A DNA stretch of 64,000 bases from a candidate division FCPU426 bacterium (GCA_963738405.1 CAVTWJ010000002.1:136575-200574); one strand, 5' to 3'. Shown: positions 11,806 to 23,068, counted from the stretch's first letter. Notes: generated from the letters alone by a model not told the origin. Translations and numbers: made by a program.

Positions 11806-12950
11806 GCGACCAGGGCCCAACCGAAACAAAGGGTTTGGGAATGGTGGAAACCCAGAACTTTTCATTTGAGGGGCTGACCCTCGAAAGCGGGGAGTGGTTC
11901 GGTCCCGTGAACCTGGCCTACGAGACCTACGGCAGGCTGAACGAGGATAAATCCAACGCCATCCTGGTTTTTCACGCCTTCTCCGGCAACGCCCACGCGG
12001 CGGGCTATCTGGAGGGCGACAAGGACCCGGGCTGGTGGGACGACTTGATCGGCCCCGGCAAGGCCTTTGACACCGACCTCTATTTCGTCATTTGCTCCAA
12101 CGTACTGGGAGGGTGCAAGGGCTCCACGGGCCCGGGCAGTTTGAACCCCGCCAAGGGCAGGCCCTATGGTTTGGACTTTCCCCTCATCACCGTCGGCGAC
12201 ATCGTGGTTTGCCAAAGGCGCCTGGTGGAGCATTTGGGAATCAAGCGGCTGCTTTCCGTTTCCGGCGGGTCCATGGGGGGCATGCAGGTGCTTTCCTGGA
12301 TGATGAAATACCCCGAGATAGTGCATAGCGCCATCCCCATCGCCACCACCCTCAAGCACTCGCCCCAGCAGATCGCCTTCAACGAGGTTGGGCGCCAGGC
12401 CGTGATGGCTGACCCGGACTGGGCCCAGGGCCAGTATTACGGCGGTCCCCCGCCCGCCAAGGGCCTTTCGGTGGCGCGCATGGTGGGCCATATCACCTAC
12501 ATGAGCGATACCTCCATGGCCGACAAGTTCGGCCGGCAGAAAAAGTCCAACGCGGGCGCGGAGAAATTCAAGGCCGATTTCGAGGTGGAAGGCTACCTGA
12601 AATACCGAGGGGAAAATTTCGTCAAGCGCTTCGACGCCAATTCCTATCTTTACATCACCAAAGCCATGGACAATTTCGACGCCTCCTATGGGCGCCCCTT
12701 CCAGGAGGTCCTGCGGGGCCGCCACCTGCATGTGCTGGTGATCGGGTTCAAGTCCGACTGGCTGTACCCCCTTTACCAGTCCCAGGAAATCGTAAAAGCC
12801 TGCAAACTGGCAGGCATCCCGGCGACCTACTGCGAGATTGATTCCACCTACGGCCATGACGCTTTCCTGCTTGAGATCGAGGAAGAAACCCACCTCATCA
12901 AGCATTTCCTCAAAAAGGTCTACAACGGCTACGAGGTGGCCAATGACTAG
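11802..12950 (+). CDS. metX: Homoserine O-acetyltransferase
   Basis: [33 protein letters not shown]. Confidence 0.95.
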   Translation: MSDQGPTETKGLGMVETQNFSFEGLTLESGEWFGPVNLAYETYGRLNEDKSNAILVFHAFSGNAHAAGYLEGDKDPGWWDDLIGPGKAFDTDLYFVICSNVLGGCKGSTGPGSLNPAKGRPYGLDFPLITVGDIVVCQRRLVEHLGIKRLLSVSGGSMGGMQVLSWMMKYPEIVHSAIPIATTLKHSPQQIAFNEVGRQAVMADPDWAQGQYYGGPPPAKGLSVARMVGHITYMSDTSMADKFGRQKKSNAGAEKFKADFEVEGYLKYRGENFVKRFDANSYLYITKAMDNFDASYGRPFQEVLRGRHLHVLVIGFKSDWLYPLYQSQEIVKACKLAGIPATYCEIDSTYGHDAFLLEIEEETHLIKHFLKKVYNGYEVAND

Positions 12951-13536
12951 CCCCTGGAACCCGGACCATCGGGTGATTGTGGAATGGGTGGCGCATGGAA
13001 GCTCGGTGCTGGACCTTGGCTGCGGGGACGGGGACCTTTTGGTGCACCTGATTCAGGAAAAGGGTGTGAAGGGCCAGGGGGTCGAGATTGACGAGAAGGC
13101 GGTCTACAACTGCGTGGCCAAGGGCCTGAACGTGTTTCATGACGATATCGAGGGGGGCCTCACCGATTACCAGGACGGGGCCTTTGACTACGCCGTGCTG
13201 GACCAGACCTTTCAGCAGATCAAGGAAATCGACCGGGCGCTCACCGCGGCCCTTCGGGTGGGAAAAAAGGTGATCGTGGGTTTCCCGAACTTCGCCTATT
13301 ACAAATCACGCTTCCAAACCTTTTTCCTGGGGCGCACCCCGGTGACCCCTTCCCTTCCCTACATGTGGTACGAAACCCCCAACCTGCATTCGGTTTCGAT
13401 TTTGGATTTCACCGACTACTGTTCGAAAAAGGGGATTTTGATTGAGAGCCGAACCTTCTTGGACGGTGAAAAAAAGGTGGGCTTCATGCCCAACTTTTTT
13501 GCCCAAGTGGGCCTCTTTATGATCTCGATGGGTTGA
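12943..13536 (+). CDS. metW: Methionine biosynthesis protein MetW
   Basis: VLDLGCGDG, VGFPNF, LPYMWYETPNLH; directly follows metX. Confidence 0.9.
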   Translation: MTSPWNPDHRVIVEWVAHGSSVLDLGCGDGDLLVHLIQEKGVKGQGVEIDEKAVYNCVAKGLNVFHDDIEGGLTDYQDGAFDYAVLDQTFQQIKEIDRALTAALRVGKKVIVGFPNFAYYKSRFQTFFLGRTPVTPSLPYMWYETPNLHSVSILDFTDYCSKKGILIESRTFLDGEKKVGFMPNFFAQVGLFMISMG

Positions 13537-13550
13537 GAGGCTGGTTCGTT

Positions 13551-14312
13551 TTAGTGGCTTTTCTTCGCCGCGCGGTGGGGCAGGAAAAAGACGCAAGCCA
13601 GGATAAAAGCCATCAGGCACGCGGTGGCCGAATAGCGGCTTAAATTCAGGCCCCCGTGGTCGAGGGGCTTGTCCAAAAAATCCCCCAAGACCGCGCCCAA
13701 GGGACGGGTGAGAATAAAAGCGGACCAAAAAAGGATCGTGTGGGAAACCTTGGTCCACTGATAAAGCGCGAAGACCACAGCCAGCAAAATCACAAAAAGG
13801 GTAGCCCCCCCTAGGTAACCTAGCCCTTCCGAATCGGCCGTCCAGTCCCCCAGGGCAGTCCCCAAGGTCTGTGAAAACATGATGGTCACCCAATAGAACA
13901 TCTCGGACTTAGGATCTTTTACCGAATCCACCGCCACTGTGCCCAGGGTTTTATACCAGAGAAAGAGGGAACCCATGAGAAGGCAAAAGAGGATCGAGGA
14001 ACCGCCCGCGTAACCGATGCCGAGCGAACGGTCGCAGAAATCAGCCATCGTGGTGCCCACGGTGGTGGTGGCGATGATGGTGAACCAGTAGATGTAGGGG
14101 TGAAATTTTTCAGCCTTGATCTGGACGATAACAGCCGCCAAAAAAATAACCGCGAAGATAGCCGTACCCACCAGGTATCCAAGGTTCATGGACATGGAAA
14201 CCATATCCCCGCCCGTCTCCCCCACGGTGGTGGCGGCGATCTTGATGATCCAAAAGAGGAGGGTGACTTCGGGAACCTTGCTCAAAGCGCTGTTGTTTGT
14301 TTTGTTTTTCAT
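13551..14312 (-). CDS. COG4705/DUF347-repeat membrane protein
   Basis: SKVPEVTLLFWIIKIAATTVGETGGD, SQTLGTALGD, FILTRPLGA. Confidence 0.9.
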   Translation of the reverse strand: MKNKTNNSALSKVPEVTLLFWIIKIAATTVGETGGDMVSMSMNLGYLVGTAIFAVIFLAAVIVQIKAEKFHPYIYWFTIIATTTVGTTMADFCDRSLGIGYAGGSSILFCLLMGSLFLWYKTLGTVAVDSVKDPKSEMFYWVTIMFSQTLGTALGDWTADSEGLGYLGGATLFVILLAVVFALYQWTKVSHTILFWSAFILTRPLGAVLGDFLDKPLDHGGLNLSRYSATACLMAFILACVFFLPHRAAKKSH

Positions 14313-14373
14313 GTGTGTCCATTCTTAACCAGTTGAGCCCTAAAGGAAACCCATCCCGGCGGATTTCCGACAT

Positions 14374-14407
14374 AAAAAAGGCTGCCCGCATAAGCGGACA
14401 GCCTTTT
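14374..14407 (-). terminator. Intrinsic terminator
   Basis: AAAAAAGGCTG-CCCGCATAAGCGGA-CAGCCTTTT hairpin directly after the YncE gene. Confidence 0.7.
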
Positions 14408-14416
14408 AACGGAGAT

Positions 14417-15454
14417 TTACTTCCCTATCACTAGGAGATGAAAGGTCCCCGGCACCGCCTTTCGGTGCGGCTTGGGGTCTTTATCGGTAGGCGTAGGCGG
14501 GGGCTCCATCTGGGCGGTCATCATAAAGATACGGCCCGTCTTGGAATCAATCGCCAGGGTACGGGCTGCCGGTTCGGTCGGAAACTGCTCCAGCAGGGTG
14601 TACTTGTTGGGGCTATCCTCGTGGATAACCGTGAGGGTGCCGTCGCCGTTTGAGCTGAACACGTTGCCCGTCGTTGGGTCAAAAGCGGTCCCATCCACAT
14701 GGTCGCCGATTGGAAGGGTCTGGATGACCTTGCCGTTTTTGGCATTCATTACCACTAAGTTCTTGTTGTGGCAGCCGGAAAAGAGCCGGTTGTTTTTTAC
14801 ATCCATGGAAAGGCCGGAGGGCGATTCGCCCGGAGCCAGGGGCCAGGTCTTCAGGACCTTCATGCTCTTGGCGTCGATCTTGAGGACCACGCTTTTGGTT
14901 TCCAGGTTGTCGAAGAGAAAACCCTTGCCGTTGGACACCCCCACTTCGGGCCCTCCATCGAGGGCGACCGTGGTCACCGCCTTGTCGGTGGCGGGATCAA
15001 TCACGGTGCAATCGTGGCTGTCGCCGTCGAAGGTGATGACATGTTTGGTGGCCGGGTCGTAGATAATCACGTCCGCGTCCTTGGAATCGGGTATTTCAGA
15101 AAGCTTTTTCAGGGTCTTCAAGTCGAAGACCACCACGCTTCCAGGCTGGCCGCTGGTGGCGTAGCCCTTGCCCAGGTCGTTTAAAACCACCACGCCGTGG
15201 GGATGGGGCACGTTGTCGAGGGTGCCGATCAAGGTCAAGGCATCGGCGTCGACCACCTGCACGCTGTTGTTGTGGGTAAGGTAGACCCTCCGACTGTCCG
15301 CGTCGGCGGTGAGAAAATCCCAGCCGCCGTCGCCCGGCAAGGGAACTTTTTGAAGTATCTTGTAGCCGCTTGGGCCCGGCGTTACCTGGGCCTGTACCGC
15401 GCCCGCCAAACCCAGCAAAATGCCCAGCACCGCGAATGCCATCATCTTATTCAT
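14417..15454 (-). CDS. YncE/YVTN beta-propeller periplasmic protein
   Basis: Signal peptide; GDGGWDFLTAD, WPLAPGESPSGL, ARTLAID repeats. Confidence 0.85.
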   Translation of the reverse strand: MNKMMAFAVLGILLGLAGAVQAQVTPGPSGYKILQKVPLPGDGGWDFLTADADSRRVYLTHNNSVQVVDADALTLIGTLDNVPHPHGVVVLNDLGKGYATSGQPGSVVVFDLKTLKKLSEIPDSKDADVIIYDPATKHVITFDGDSHDCTVIDPATDKAVTTVALDGGPEVGVSNGKGFLFDNLETKSVVLKIDAKSMKVLKTWPLAPGESPSGLSMDVKNNRLFSGCHNKNLVVMNAKNGKVIQTLPIGDHVDGTAFDPTTGNVFSSNGDGTLTVIHEDSPNKYTLLEQFPTEPAARTLAIDSKTGRIFMMTAQMEPPPTPTDKDPKPHRKAVPGTFHLLVIGK

Positions 15455-15610
15455 TCAACCACCTCGTTTATTAAAATCCTGCCCTCAGCCCTAACTACAG
15501 ACGCTTCTCCGGCCCTTTCGCCTCTCTCTTCCAACTCCGCCCGCAAACAAAATATCAACCTGGTCGCGACCTCTTGACCCCTGCCAAAGGGGCTGATACC
15601 GGCACCCCCT

Positions 15611-17632
15611 TTATTTCGAAGCGGAACCGCTGAGATGGGCTTGGGGCCGGGGATCAAAATCAGCCGGGATGGGGTTCGGCAGCCCCAAGGCCTGGTCGAC
15701 GGGAACGATCCCGATATCCTTCATGCCATATCCGCTCGTTTGAGGAAGTTTTCCCACGATGTCCTCGGGAATTTCGGCGTAATCCGGCGGGAGCGGCGGG
15801 GCATCGCCCTTCAGCCGGGCCGGATCAAAAGCCGTCAAAAGGTCGCTGATATCGGGCGTAAGCGCGTCATCCGGACCCCAGTCGGATTGGCCCCAATTTT
15901 TCTTGCCGAGTTTCCGGCCCTTCATTTCATCCGGAAGCTTGGCCAGGGGCGTGAGCCCGAAGAGCGTATCCACGAACTTAACCACCGACCCATGGTCCCC
16001 GTTCTCGTGCACCACCGCGTGAACCCGGGAAAAGGGGGAAAGGAAAATAAAGGGAACGCGGGGGCCGTCCGTCAGTGGTTCCTTGTCCGGGGTGAGGGAG
16101 TGGATGGGCGGCGGGACGTGGTCATAGAACCCGCCTTCGTCGTCCCAGGTAATCACGATGGCGCATTGGTTCCAATATTTGCTTTGGGCGATGGCGTTGA
16201 TGGCATGGGCCAGCATGGCCTCGCTGATCTGGGAGTCCGAACCGCCCGGATGGTCGTCATCCCCCTGGAATTTTTTCTGCGCCGCTTCGTCCGGATCGGC
16301 CGACTTCAAGCCGAAGATGTTTTGGCCGCCCCCCTTCACGTAATAGACCCCGCCCTGGTCGGACAAGGTTCCCTGTTTCACGGCGTTGAAAAAATCCTGC
16401 AGGTCGTGGAGGCTCTTTTGCATGGCCGGACTGTGGACGATGTACCCGAAATATTGCGGGCCGTTATGGTGGGTGACGTAGGAGAAATGCTGGCCCTCGG
16501 CATCGGTGGGGTCCTCCCCCCCGCCCCAGGGATGGCCGAAACCCTCCTGGAACCAGCCCCAGGGGATGGGCGCCTGGCCCTTTTTACCCAGGTAAGCCAC
16601 GTCCTCCTGAAGGTCCTCGAGGTCGGTTCCCTTTTGGGGGTCGTCGTCGGTCTCGCTTTGGGCCTGGGAACCGGCCAGTGAAAGGGGGATCGTCGCGTAG
16701 GTCTGGTTTAAATGGGTTTCTTTTACCTTGTCCTTATTCTTGCCGGAATATTCCTTGGGGTTCACGGGCATCTTGGGGTCGGACGTGTCCGGCGGGGAGC
16801 CCCAGAAGGGGTCGCTGCTGTTGAGGACCGGCTCCCCCGGAGCCTTCTTCCCGCCATCCTGCTCCAGTTCCTTGGTGTGAAGGGCGGCTTGGGTCTGGCC
16901 GCTTTGGGCGGCGATGATGGAAAGGTTGCCCGGGCCCGAGGGGCCCACCATCAATTGGAAGATATGGTCGAATATCACGAAGCGGTTGGCCCAGCGCCAG
17001 AGGAAGGGGATGGTGTCGCCGTCCACGTGGGCCATGGTCAGTTCCCCGAACTGCTTGTCGGCCAGGGCGGGCGGGGTATCGGTACCTTTCTTGAATTCTT
17101 CCGCTAGAGCGAACCGGTCCATTTTCGGTATCCCGTCCACCAGGTCCATCTTTTGTACCAGGGCGATGTGGGAGTGTTTGGTGTCGGCAAGGTCGGAGGC
17201 GTATTGCTTGGCCCCGATCAAGAAGGGCTGGATGGGCTGCTGCGTGCCGTCGGGGTTTTGGACGAACTGGTTAAATCCAGGGGTCAGGCTCGCGGGCTGG
17301 GAATAGATGCCGTCCACCCCGGGAAAGGTGCCGAAATAATGGTCGAAGGAGCGGTTTTCCTGGTAGAGGATGAACACATATTTGACGTGCTGGCGAAGCA
17401 GGGACACCAACTGCTTACGGCTGAGCTTGGGTTCCTGGGTTTCAGGAACCTCCAGGGGGGCCACCTGGGAGTCGCCGGTGGGAGGCAGGGGCTCGACCAA
17501 GGGCCGGGCTTTGGATTTAGAACCCTTCGACGGGCTAAGGGCAGACTGCGCGAGAGCGGAGAAGGAAAAGCTAAGGGCCGCAAAAAGGACAAATACAGTC
17601 ACGACCTTGACGGCGGTTCGAAAGGTTTTCAT
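15611..17632 (-). CDS. Secreted phosphoesterase (phospholipase C/acid phosphatase family)
   Basis: ENRSFDHYFGT, DDDHPG, ITWDDEGGFYDHVPPP, GPRVPFIFLSPF. Confidence 0.9.
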   Translation of the reverse strand: MKTFRTAVKVVTVFVLFAALSFSFSALAQSALSPSKGSKSKARPLVEPLPPTGDSQVAPLEVPETQEPKLSRKQLVSLLRQHVKYVFILYQENRSFDHYFGTFPGVDGIYSQPASLTPGFNQFVQNPDGTQQPIQPFLIGAKQYASDLADTKHSHIALVQKMDLVDGIPKMDRFALAEEFKKGTDTPPALADKQFGELTMAHVDGDTIPFLWRWANRFVIFDHIFQLMVGPSGPGNLSIIAAQSGQTQAALHTKELEQDGGKKAPGEPVLNSSDPFWGSPPDTSDPKMPVNPKEYSGKNKDKVKETHLNQTYATIPLSLAGSQAQSETDDDPQKGTDLEDLQEDVAYLGKKGQAPIPWGWFQEGFGHPWGGGEDPTDAEGQHFSYVTHHNGPQYFGYIVHSPAMQKSLHDLQDFFNAVKQGTLSDQGGVYYVKGGGQNIFGLKSADPDEAAQKKFQGDDDHPGGSDSQISEAMLAHAINAIAQSKYWNQCAIVITWDDEGGFYDHVPPPIHSLTPDKEPLTDGPRVPFIFLSPFSRVHAVVHENGDHGSVVKFVDTLFGLTPLAKLPDEMKGRKLGKKNWGQSDWGPDDALTPDISDLLTAFDPARLKGDAPPLPPDYAEIPEDIVGKLPQTSGYGMKDIGIVPVDQALGLPNPIPADFDPRPQAHLSGSASK

Positions 17633-17651
17633 TTTTCACTCCTAAAAAACT

Positions 17652-18020
17652 TTAAGGGTTAACCAACAATAGGGCGACCGGAAGGATGCCCCCCGCCGCC
17701 AGCAGGGCCCAAACGACCCATTGAGGACGAAAGTATTTAAAAGCCATCACCAGCCCCGCCAGGGTACTGAAGATAAACCCGGCGGACATCAGAAGCACAA
17801 ACCCTTGAAGGGCCCAGGGCTGGGTCTGGGCCGGCGAGTCGGGCATCTTTTGATCCTTATGTATTTTCGCCAGAACCTTCAGTATTACCGGCGCCTGATA
17901 GCCGTTTTTCACATCCTTATGCAGCCGCAGGGTTTGGAAAATCCCTGAAACGGTGAAGAAAAGCAAAGCCGGGGCGAAGAAAGATCCCAAGAGCAGGTGA
18001 AAGCGGCGCATCTGGTTCAT
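17652..18020 (-). CDS. PepSY-associated TM-like membrane protein
   Basis: RRFHLLLGSFFAPALLFFTVSG and further TM helices. Confidence 0.7.
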   Translation of the reverse strand: MNQMRRFHLLLGSFFAPALLFFTVSGIFQTLRLHKDVKNGYQAPVILKVLAKIHKDQKMPDSPAQTQPWALQGFVLLMSAGFIFSTLAGLVMAFKYFRPQWVVWALLAAGGILPVALLLVNP

Positions 18021-18046
18021 TCCGGCACCCATCGATTGGAAACCCC

Positions 18047-18622
18047 TTAATTGAGCTTGAACGAAATGGGAAGCCGAACCCGGCAATTCATCGGCTCGCC
18101 AAGTTTATCCAGCGCGGGCCGGAACCTGGCGTCTTTGAGCTTATCCAATACCACTTGGTTGAAAGCCGGGTCCGAACCCTGAAGAATGGTTACGTTATCG
18201 ACCTTCCCCTCGATATTGATCAGAAGCTCCACGATCACTCTGCCTTCCTTCTTTTGTTTCCGCATCTCCACGGGATAATCGTTCTCGTCAATGAACCCAC
18301 CCACAAGAGAAGGCTGGCGGCTGGCGACCACATAGGGCGTCGCCGGTTCAGGGGTGGGTGTGGGCTGAACCTTAGGCGGCGGTGGGATCTTGCCTTTTTT
18401 AGCCATAACCCAGGGCTCAGGGGGAGGCGGTGGAACCGTCTTGGACTGCAAGGCCAATAACGGAGTGGCCTTGAGGTCGATATCCGTCCGGTATTCGGCA
18501 TGCGCTTCCCCCCAGGCGATCAAACCTAAAGCCACCCCCAAAATCGTAAGGTGAAGCAGGACGGATAAAAGGATTCCGCTGAAAAGCGGGTTCACCAAAA
18601 GTCCACCGAAAAGCCGGTTCAA
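18047..18622 (-). CDS. tonB: Energy transducer TonB
   Basis: N-terminal TM with SxxxH, Pro-rich linker, C-terminal YP...EGRV...F.PA domain; start uncertain. Confidence 0.85.
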   Translation of the reverse strand: MNRLFGGLLVNPLFSGILLSVLLHLTILGVALGLIAWGEAHAEYRTDIDLKATPLLALQSKTVPPPPPEPWVMAKKGKIPPPPKVQPTPTPEPATPYVVASRQPSLVGGFIDENDYPVEMRKQKKEGRVIVELLINIEGKVDNVTILQGSDPAFNQVVLDKLKDARFRPALDKLGEPMNCRVRLPISFKLN

Positions 18623-18674
18623 GGGGGGGAGCCAAAAAACCGGTTCGCCCGAACTTCGCTCATAGGGACGCTCA

Positions 18675-19076
18675 CTATTTCCTGTCCATAGCTAAAGCAA
18701 CTTTCTGAACCCCGCCCATCTTGATCGCGTCCAGGACCTGGGCCAGCTTCTCATAGGGAATGTCTTTGTCGGCCTTCAGGATCACCTTCACCTCGGGGTA
18801 GACGCTCGTCTCGACGGTCATCTGCTGGGTCAAACCCGAAAGGTCGATATCTTTTTGGTTGAACTTGAGCTGTCCCTGCAGGCCTAGGGTCACCACTAGG
18901 GCAGGCTGAGGGGCCTTTTCTTCCTTCACAACCTTGGGCAGGTGAACCTGCAGGGCCTGCTCGCTAATAAAGGTGGCCGTCACCATGAAGATGATCAAGA
19001 GCACCAGCGTGATATCCACCATGGGAGTCACGTTGATGCCGGTCACCAGGCCCCGGTCGCTGGATCCGGGAAGCAT
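18675..19076 (-). CDS. exbD: Biopolymer transporter ExbD/TolR
   Basis: INVTPMVDITLVLLIIFMVT, KADKDIPY. Confidence 0.9.
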   Translation of the reverse strand: MLPGSSDRGLVTGINVTPMVDITLVLLIIFMVTATFISEQALQVHLPKVVKEEKAPQPALVVTLGLQGQLKFNQKDIDLSGLTQQMTVETSVYPEVKVILKADKDIPYEKLAQVLDAIKMGGVQKVALAMDRK

Positions 19077-19702
19077 TACTTCACCTTCTCTTGTTTGAGG
19101 TAGGCCAGAAGGATACGGGACAAGCTGTCGGTGTTTGTTTGAATCTCGCCCAGCCGGGTGAGGAAGAAATTGTTGGCCACCACCGCCGGGATCGCCACCA
19201 GGATGCCGAAGGCCGTGGCAATGAGAGCGGCCGAAATGCCCGCCATGACCACCGAAACGCCGCTCTGTCCTGTGGTTCCCAGGTCGTTAAAGGCCTTGAT
19301 CACGCCCAGTACCGTCCCGAACAACCCCACGAAGGGGGCGTTGTTGCCAAGGGTCCCCAGGATGATCAAATACTTTTCATGCACCAGTTTTTCCCTCAGC
19401 CAATGGGAAGCCATGACTTCCTCCACGGCCGGGGCCCCTTTTTTGTAATTCTTTAACCCCGCCAAGGCCACCCGGGCCTCCACCCTGTGGCTGTTTTCCG
19501 CCAAGGCAATCGCCCCTGGAATATCGTGGTCTTCCAAACAGGAGGCCAGGCCATCCATCAAAGCGGACAGGTCGCCTTTATTTTTACGAAAGACCATCCA
19601 CCGTTCAAACATGACTCCGATAGAAACCACACTGGCAAGGATGAGCAAGGCAATCACCCAGTTGTCCCCCACTAAAGCCATGTGCATAAAGATCAAATTC
19701 AT
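19076..19702 (-). CDS. exbB: MotA/TolQ/ExbB proton channel
   Basis: LGTLGNNAPFVGLFGTVLG, ALIATAFGILVAIPA. Confidence 0.9.
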   Translation of the reverse strand: MNLIFMHMALVGDNWVIALLILASVVSIGVMFERWMVFRKNKGDLSALMDGLASCLEDHDIPGAIALAENSHRVEARVALAGLKNYKKGAPAVEEVMASHWLREKLVHEKYLIILGTLGNNAPFVGLFGTVLGVIKAFNDLGTTGQSGVSVVMAGISAALIATAFGILVAIPAVVANNFFLTRLGEIQTNTDSLSRILLAYLKQEKVK

Positions 19703-19960
19703 TTCAATTTCCTTTTACCTTTGTATTAGCCGCAGAAGAAGCCCTGCCATTTTCTGTTTTAATTGGGATCTGGATAAATAGGCCATCTCACGCTTCGTTA
19801 ACATTTAACCGGAATTTAACCCACTTACAGTGCCGGAAATGGCCAAAACCCGGCACAGGATTTCGGTCCCTGAATCCGAAACCCTGTTGGGTTTTAAAAA
19901 CTCGCGCCGGGCCGGCCGGGGGATTTTGGAAAAATCCCCCTAAATGCTTAACTGTGAATC

Positions 19961-22690
19961 TTAAAAGTCGATCACGACCCCGCCATCGACTGTGGCGCCG
20001 TAGTACTCGTTTTGAATCGGATAATTGGTTGATCCCTGATAGAAACGATGGTTGGCGTTGTTCAGGTTGTTCCCATCGGCGTAGATCGTGAAGTCCTTCG
20101 TGATGGCGTACTGGGCCTTCGCGTCGATCTGGAAATAATCGTCGTAGTAAATGTTCGGGGAATACGCGCCGCCCGCAGCGGGCGCATTTGGGTCCCCGAT
20201 CACCGTCAGGTTTTTACCCGTGAAGTCACCACCGATGTCGAAGGTAAACCCATCTTTCTTATAAAACACACCCGTATTCCAGAGGAGGTCGGATTGGCTG
20301 GGAAGTTCGCCGTAGAGACCCGGCGAGAGCTCACCCTGTGACCCCAGGAAGGATATGGACCCCCGGAAACCCAACCCGCCCAGGAAACCGGGCAGCATGG
20401 TGTATTGCTGCTGGTACTGGAATTCCACTCCGTAGATAGAGGAAGAAGGAATGTTAATGTAGTTCAAAATGTCAGTCACCCCTCCGGAGTTATCGATCGC
20501 GGAATAATTCTGTCCGAAATAGTTGTCGATACTCTTGTAAAACGCGTCCACCGCCAGGATGGCACCCTTTTGTGGATAAAGCTCGCAAGAGAAATCGAAG
20601 TTGTTCGATATCATCGGTTTCAGGTTCGGGTTGCCGAAGGTGTACTGAACTATCGAGTTACCACTCTGTGCGTCAAGGGCCTGGCTTAAGTTAAACGAGG
20701 GAATATACTGGCTTTGGGTCGGCCGTGCGATGGTCTCCGAGAAGTTCATTCGGGTGGTGAGCTGGTCATTGAACTTATAATTGAATCCCAGGCTCGGCAG
20801 GACATTGGCATAGTCGATAGTCCCCACTTTGGCGACCGCCGGCAATTCGGTAGACGTATCCGGATCACCACTGGGGAGCGTGTTATATATATCCCACCAG
20901 TTGTATTGGATATGCGTGGCCTCGACCCGGGCCCCGGCCATGACCGTCATCTTGCCTGAGGTGAGGGTGTACATACCGTAGCCTGCGTAAACATCCTCCC
21001 AGTTGTTGTAATCGCCCCCCTGGTCGTTATTCGGATCGGTTTGAACAAAGGATCCGTAATATCCTTTGCCCGGATTGGTGAGAAGGTTGACGGCCTGGTT
21101 CATATCGGGAAGCGGCCCCATGTTATACATATTGTTAAGATAGAATGGGGTGCTGGTGGCGCCCAATACGGTGCTCATGTTAAGGTTTTGCAGATGCGTA
21201 GCGGTAAAACTTTCTCCGGTGTTATTGGAATACTCCCACCTCGAAGCCGCGCCGAACTTGACCGTTCCGGTATCATCACCCCCGAGAGGCGTATCAAATT
21301 TGCCGTCGGCCTTCAGGCCGTACGCGTTCACGGTGTAAGCATTGGTGCTGTTACTCCCGTCACTTTTATCAACGTAATTGGTCGGATCGTTCAGCCCGGT
21401 CAAACCACTTGTGTCAACCGTCGGGCTATTCCCGTTATTCGTCGAATTGTTATAAGTAAGCGATGTGCCCCCTATACTTGCGCTTTTGAATTTAAACCCG
21501 TAACTGTAGGGCACGTTTTCATCCGTATAGGCAAAGCTGGCTTTATAATCCAATATGAAACCGCCGAGATTGTTGACGCCCCCCAACCCCGCGGCCAAGG
21601 TGCGGAACTGCGTCAACTCGCTGGTCATACTTTTCGAGACTTTGATTTGGCTAGCAGGTACCGTAATGCTGCCATCGGGGTTGACCACAGCGCCACCTTC
21701 AGCATCCAAGCCTGTAATATCCGTGTGCCAAACGGGTTCGCGGTATTCGTCATAACCACCGTACATCAAATTAGCAGTGAGCTTGTTATCCTTATCCATG
21801 GACAGGTCAATGTTCGCGCCGATTCCGCCCCGTTCCCGCTCATAGTCATAGTAGCGGAAATCGTAATCCGTGGCGGAATTGGGGACTAAAGGCGGATCGG
21901 CTGGATCCGAATAACCGTTTTCCAAATCGTCGATCCCGAACCTTCTATATTCAAATTGTGTTGCGACAAGGATCCCCAGTTTGGCGGTTCCCCCCAGGCC
22001 AAAGGTGTTGCCCCAAGTCAAATTCCCAGCGGCGGTGCCCTGACTGCGTTGCGGGACATATCCTCCCTGGGCGTTCAACTCGAAAAGACCGCCCGGATAA
22101 TCCTCGGCCTTTTTGGGAACAAGGTTCATCTGCCCGCCGACGCCTTGTGCGTCCATATCCGGCAGAATCGTCTTGAAAACTTCCATCTCACCGAACAAGC
22201 CGGCCGGGAGGGCATCGAGATCCACCGACCTCTCCGATTCGTCATAAGACGGAATAATGGTTTGATCGAAAGTGATGATGTTCAGATTCGAATCCGTTCC
22301 CCGAATGTCGATATATCGGGGTTCGCTAGTGTCATGCTGGACCCCGACTCCAGGAAATTGCTGGGCCGCCTGGGCCACGGACTTGGCCGGCGTCTGGTTG
22401 ATCTGGTCCTGAGAGAGGATGTTGACCTTGTTCAGGGAGTCATGCATTTGGTCGAAAGCGGCGGCTTGGTCGATGCCATGGGCTTTCACAGTGATTTCAG
22501 GAAGTTCGGATACCCCCGTGGCGGTTTCGGCGGAGGGAGTAGCGACCGCGGAAGCGGCAGGTGTGTTGCCTTGGGCGTCGGTGGGTGTCGCAGAAACTTG
22601 GGCTTTGGCGTTGTAGGCGGACATCAAAAGGGCGATCATTAAGAACAACCCCTTCGTAATAAAACTGAAACCTCTCGGCTTGATTCGCAT
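19961..22690 (-). CDS. TonB-dependent receptor
   Basis: Signal peptide, TonB box (EITVKA), plug (IRG...EVFK), ARP...GNPNLKP, C-terminal Phe. Confidence 0.9.
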   Translation of the reverse strand: MRIKPRGFSFITKGLFLMIALLMSAYNAKAQVSATPTDAQGNTPAASAVATPSAETATGVSELPEITVKAHGIDQAAAFDQMHDSLNKVNILSQDQINQTPAKSVAQAAQQFPGVGVQHDTSEPRYIDIRGTDSNLNIITFDQTIIPSYDESERSVDLDALPAGLFGEMEVFKTILPDMDAQGVGGQMNLVPKKAEDYPGGLFELNAQGGYVPQRSQGTAAGNLTWGNTFGLGGTAKLGILVATQFEYRRFGIDDLENGYSDPADPPLVPNSATDYDFRYYDYERERGGIGANIDLSMDKDNKLTANLMYGGYDEYREPVWHTDITGLDAEGGAVVNPDGSITVPASQIKVSKSMTSELTQFRTLAAGLGGVNNLGGFILDYKASFAYTDENVPYSYGFKFKSASIGGTSLTYNNSTNNGNSPTVDTSGLTGLNDPTNYVDKSDGSNSTNAYTVNAYGLKADGKFDTPLGGDDTGTVKFGAASRWEYSNNTGESFTATHLQNLNMSTVLGATSTPFYLNNMYNMGPLPDMNQAVNLLTNPGKGYYGSFVQTDPNNDQGGDYNNWEDVYAGYGMYTLTSGKMTVMAGARVEATHIQYNWWDIYNTLPSGDPDTSTELPAVAKVGTIDYANVLPSLGFNYKFNDQLTTRMNFSETIARPTQSQYIPSFNLSQALDAQSGNSIVQYTFGNPNLKPMISNNFDFSCELYPQKGAILAVDAFYKSIDNYFGQNYSAIDNSGGVTDILNYINIPSSSIYGVEFQYQQQYTMLPGFLGGLGFRGSISFLGSQGELSPGLYGELPSQSDLLWNTGVFYKKDGFTFDIGGDFTGKNLTVIGDPNAPAAGGAYSPNIYYDDYFQIDAKAQYAITKDFTIYADGNNLNNANHRFYQGSTNYPIQNEYYGATVDGGVVIDF

Positions 22691-22850
22691 AAAGACTCCC
22701 TTTCGCAGACGAATAAATGGAGACCCTTCGCGGGAATCCATAAATGAAATTAGACCGAGAGCTTGGAAAATCCCGGCTTCAGTCGCGGGAGAATTTAGTG
22801 GTTCTCATGTCCTCGTGAGTTTCGGAGAAATCAAAAAACGGTTACGAGTT

Positions 22851-22868
22851 GATGACGGTTTCGTCATC
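22851..22868. promoter_or_regulatory. CusR/CopR-type box (ATGAC-N6-GTCAT)
   Basis: GATGACGGTTTCGTCATC inverted repeat between the TBDR and the response regulator; same half-sites and spacing as the CusR box. Confidence 0.65.
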
Positions 22869-23068
22869 TTCCTTTCAGAGTCCCGTCATCTTTGTTATTC
22901 CCTATTGGGTAAATCGTTTCGAACTATGAGGAATATCATTCTCGCCTTTTCCATTTTGTTCAGGGCACGTCGTAAGAGAACAAGGGCCTATGTTTTCCCC
23001 AGGTTAATTCTTTTAGGTGACCTATCATTGAACTTGCACCTGCCGTCGATTTGAAATTACATGGCCCC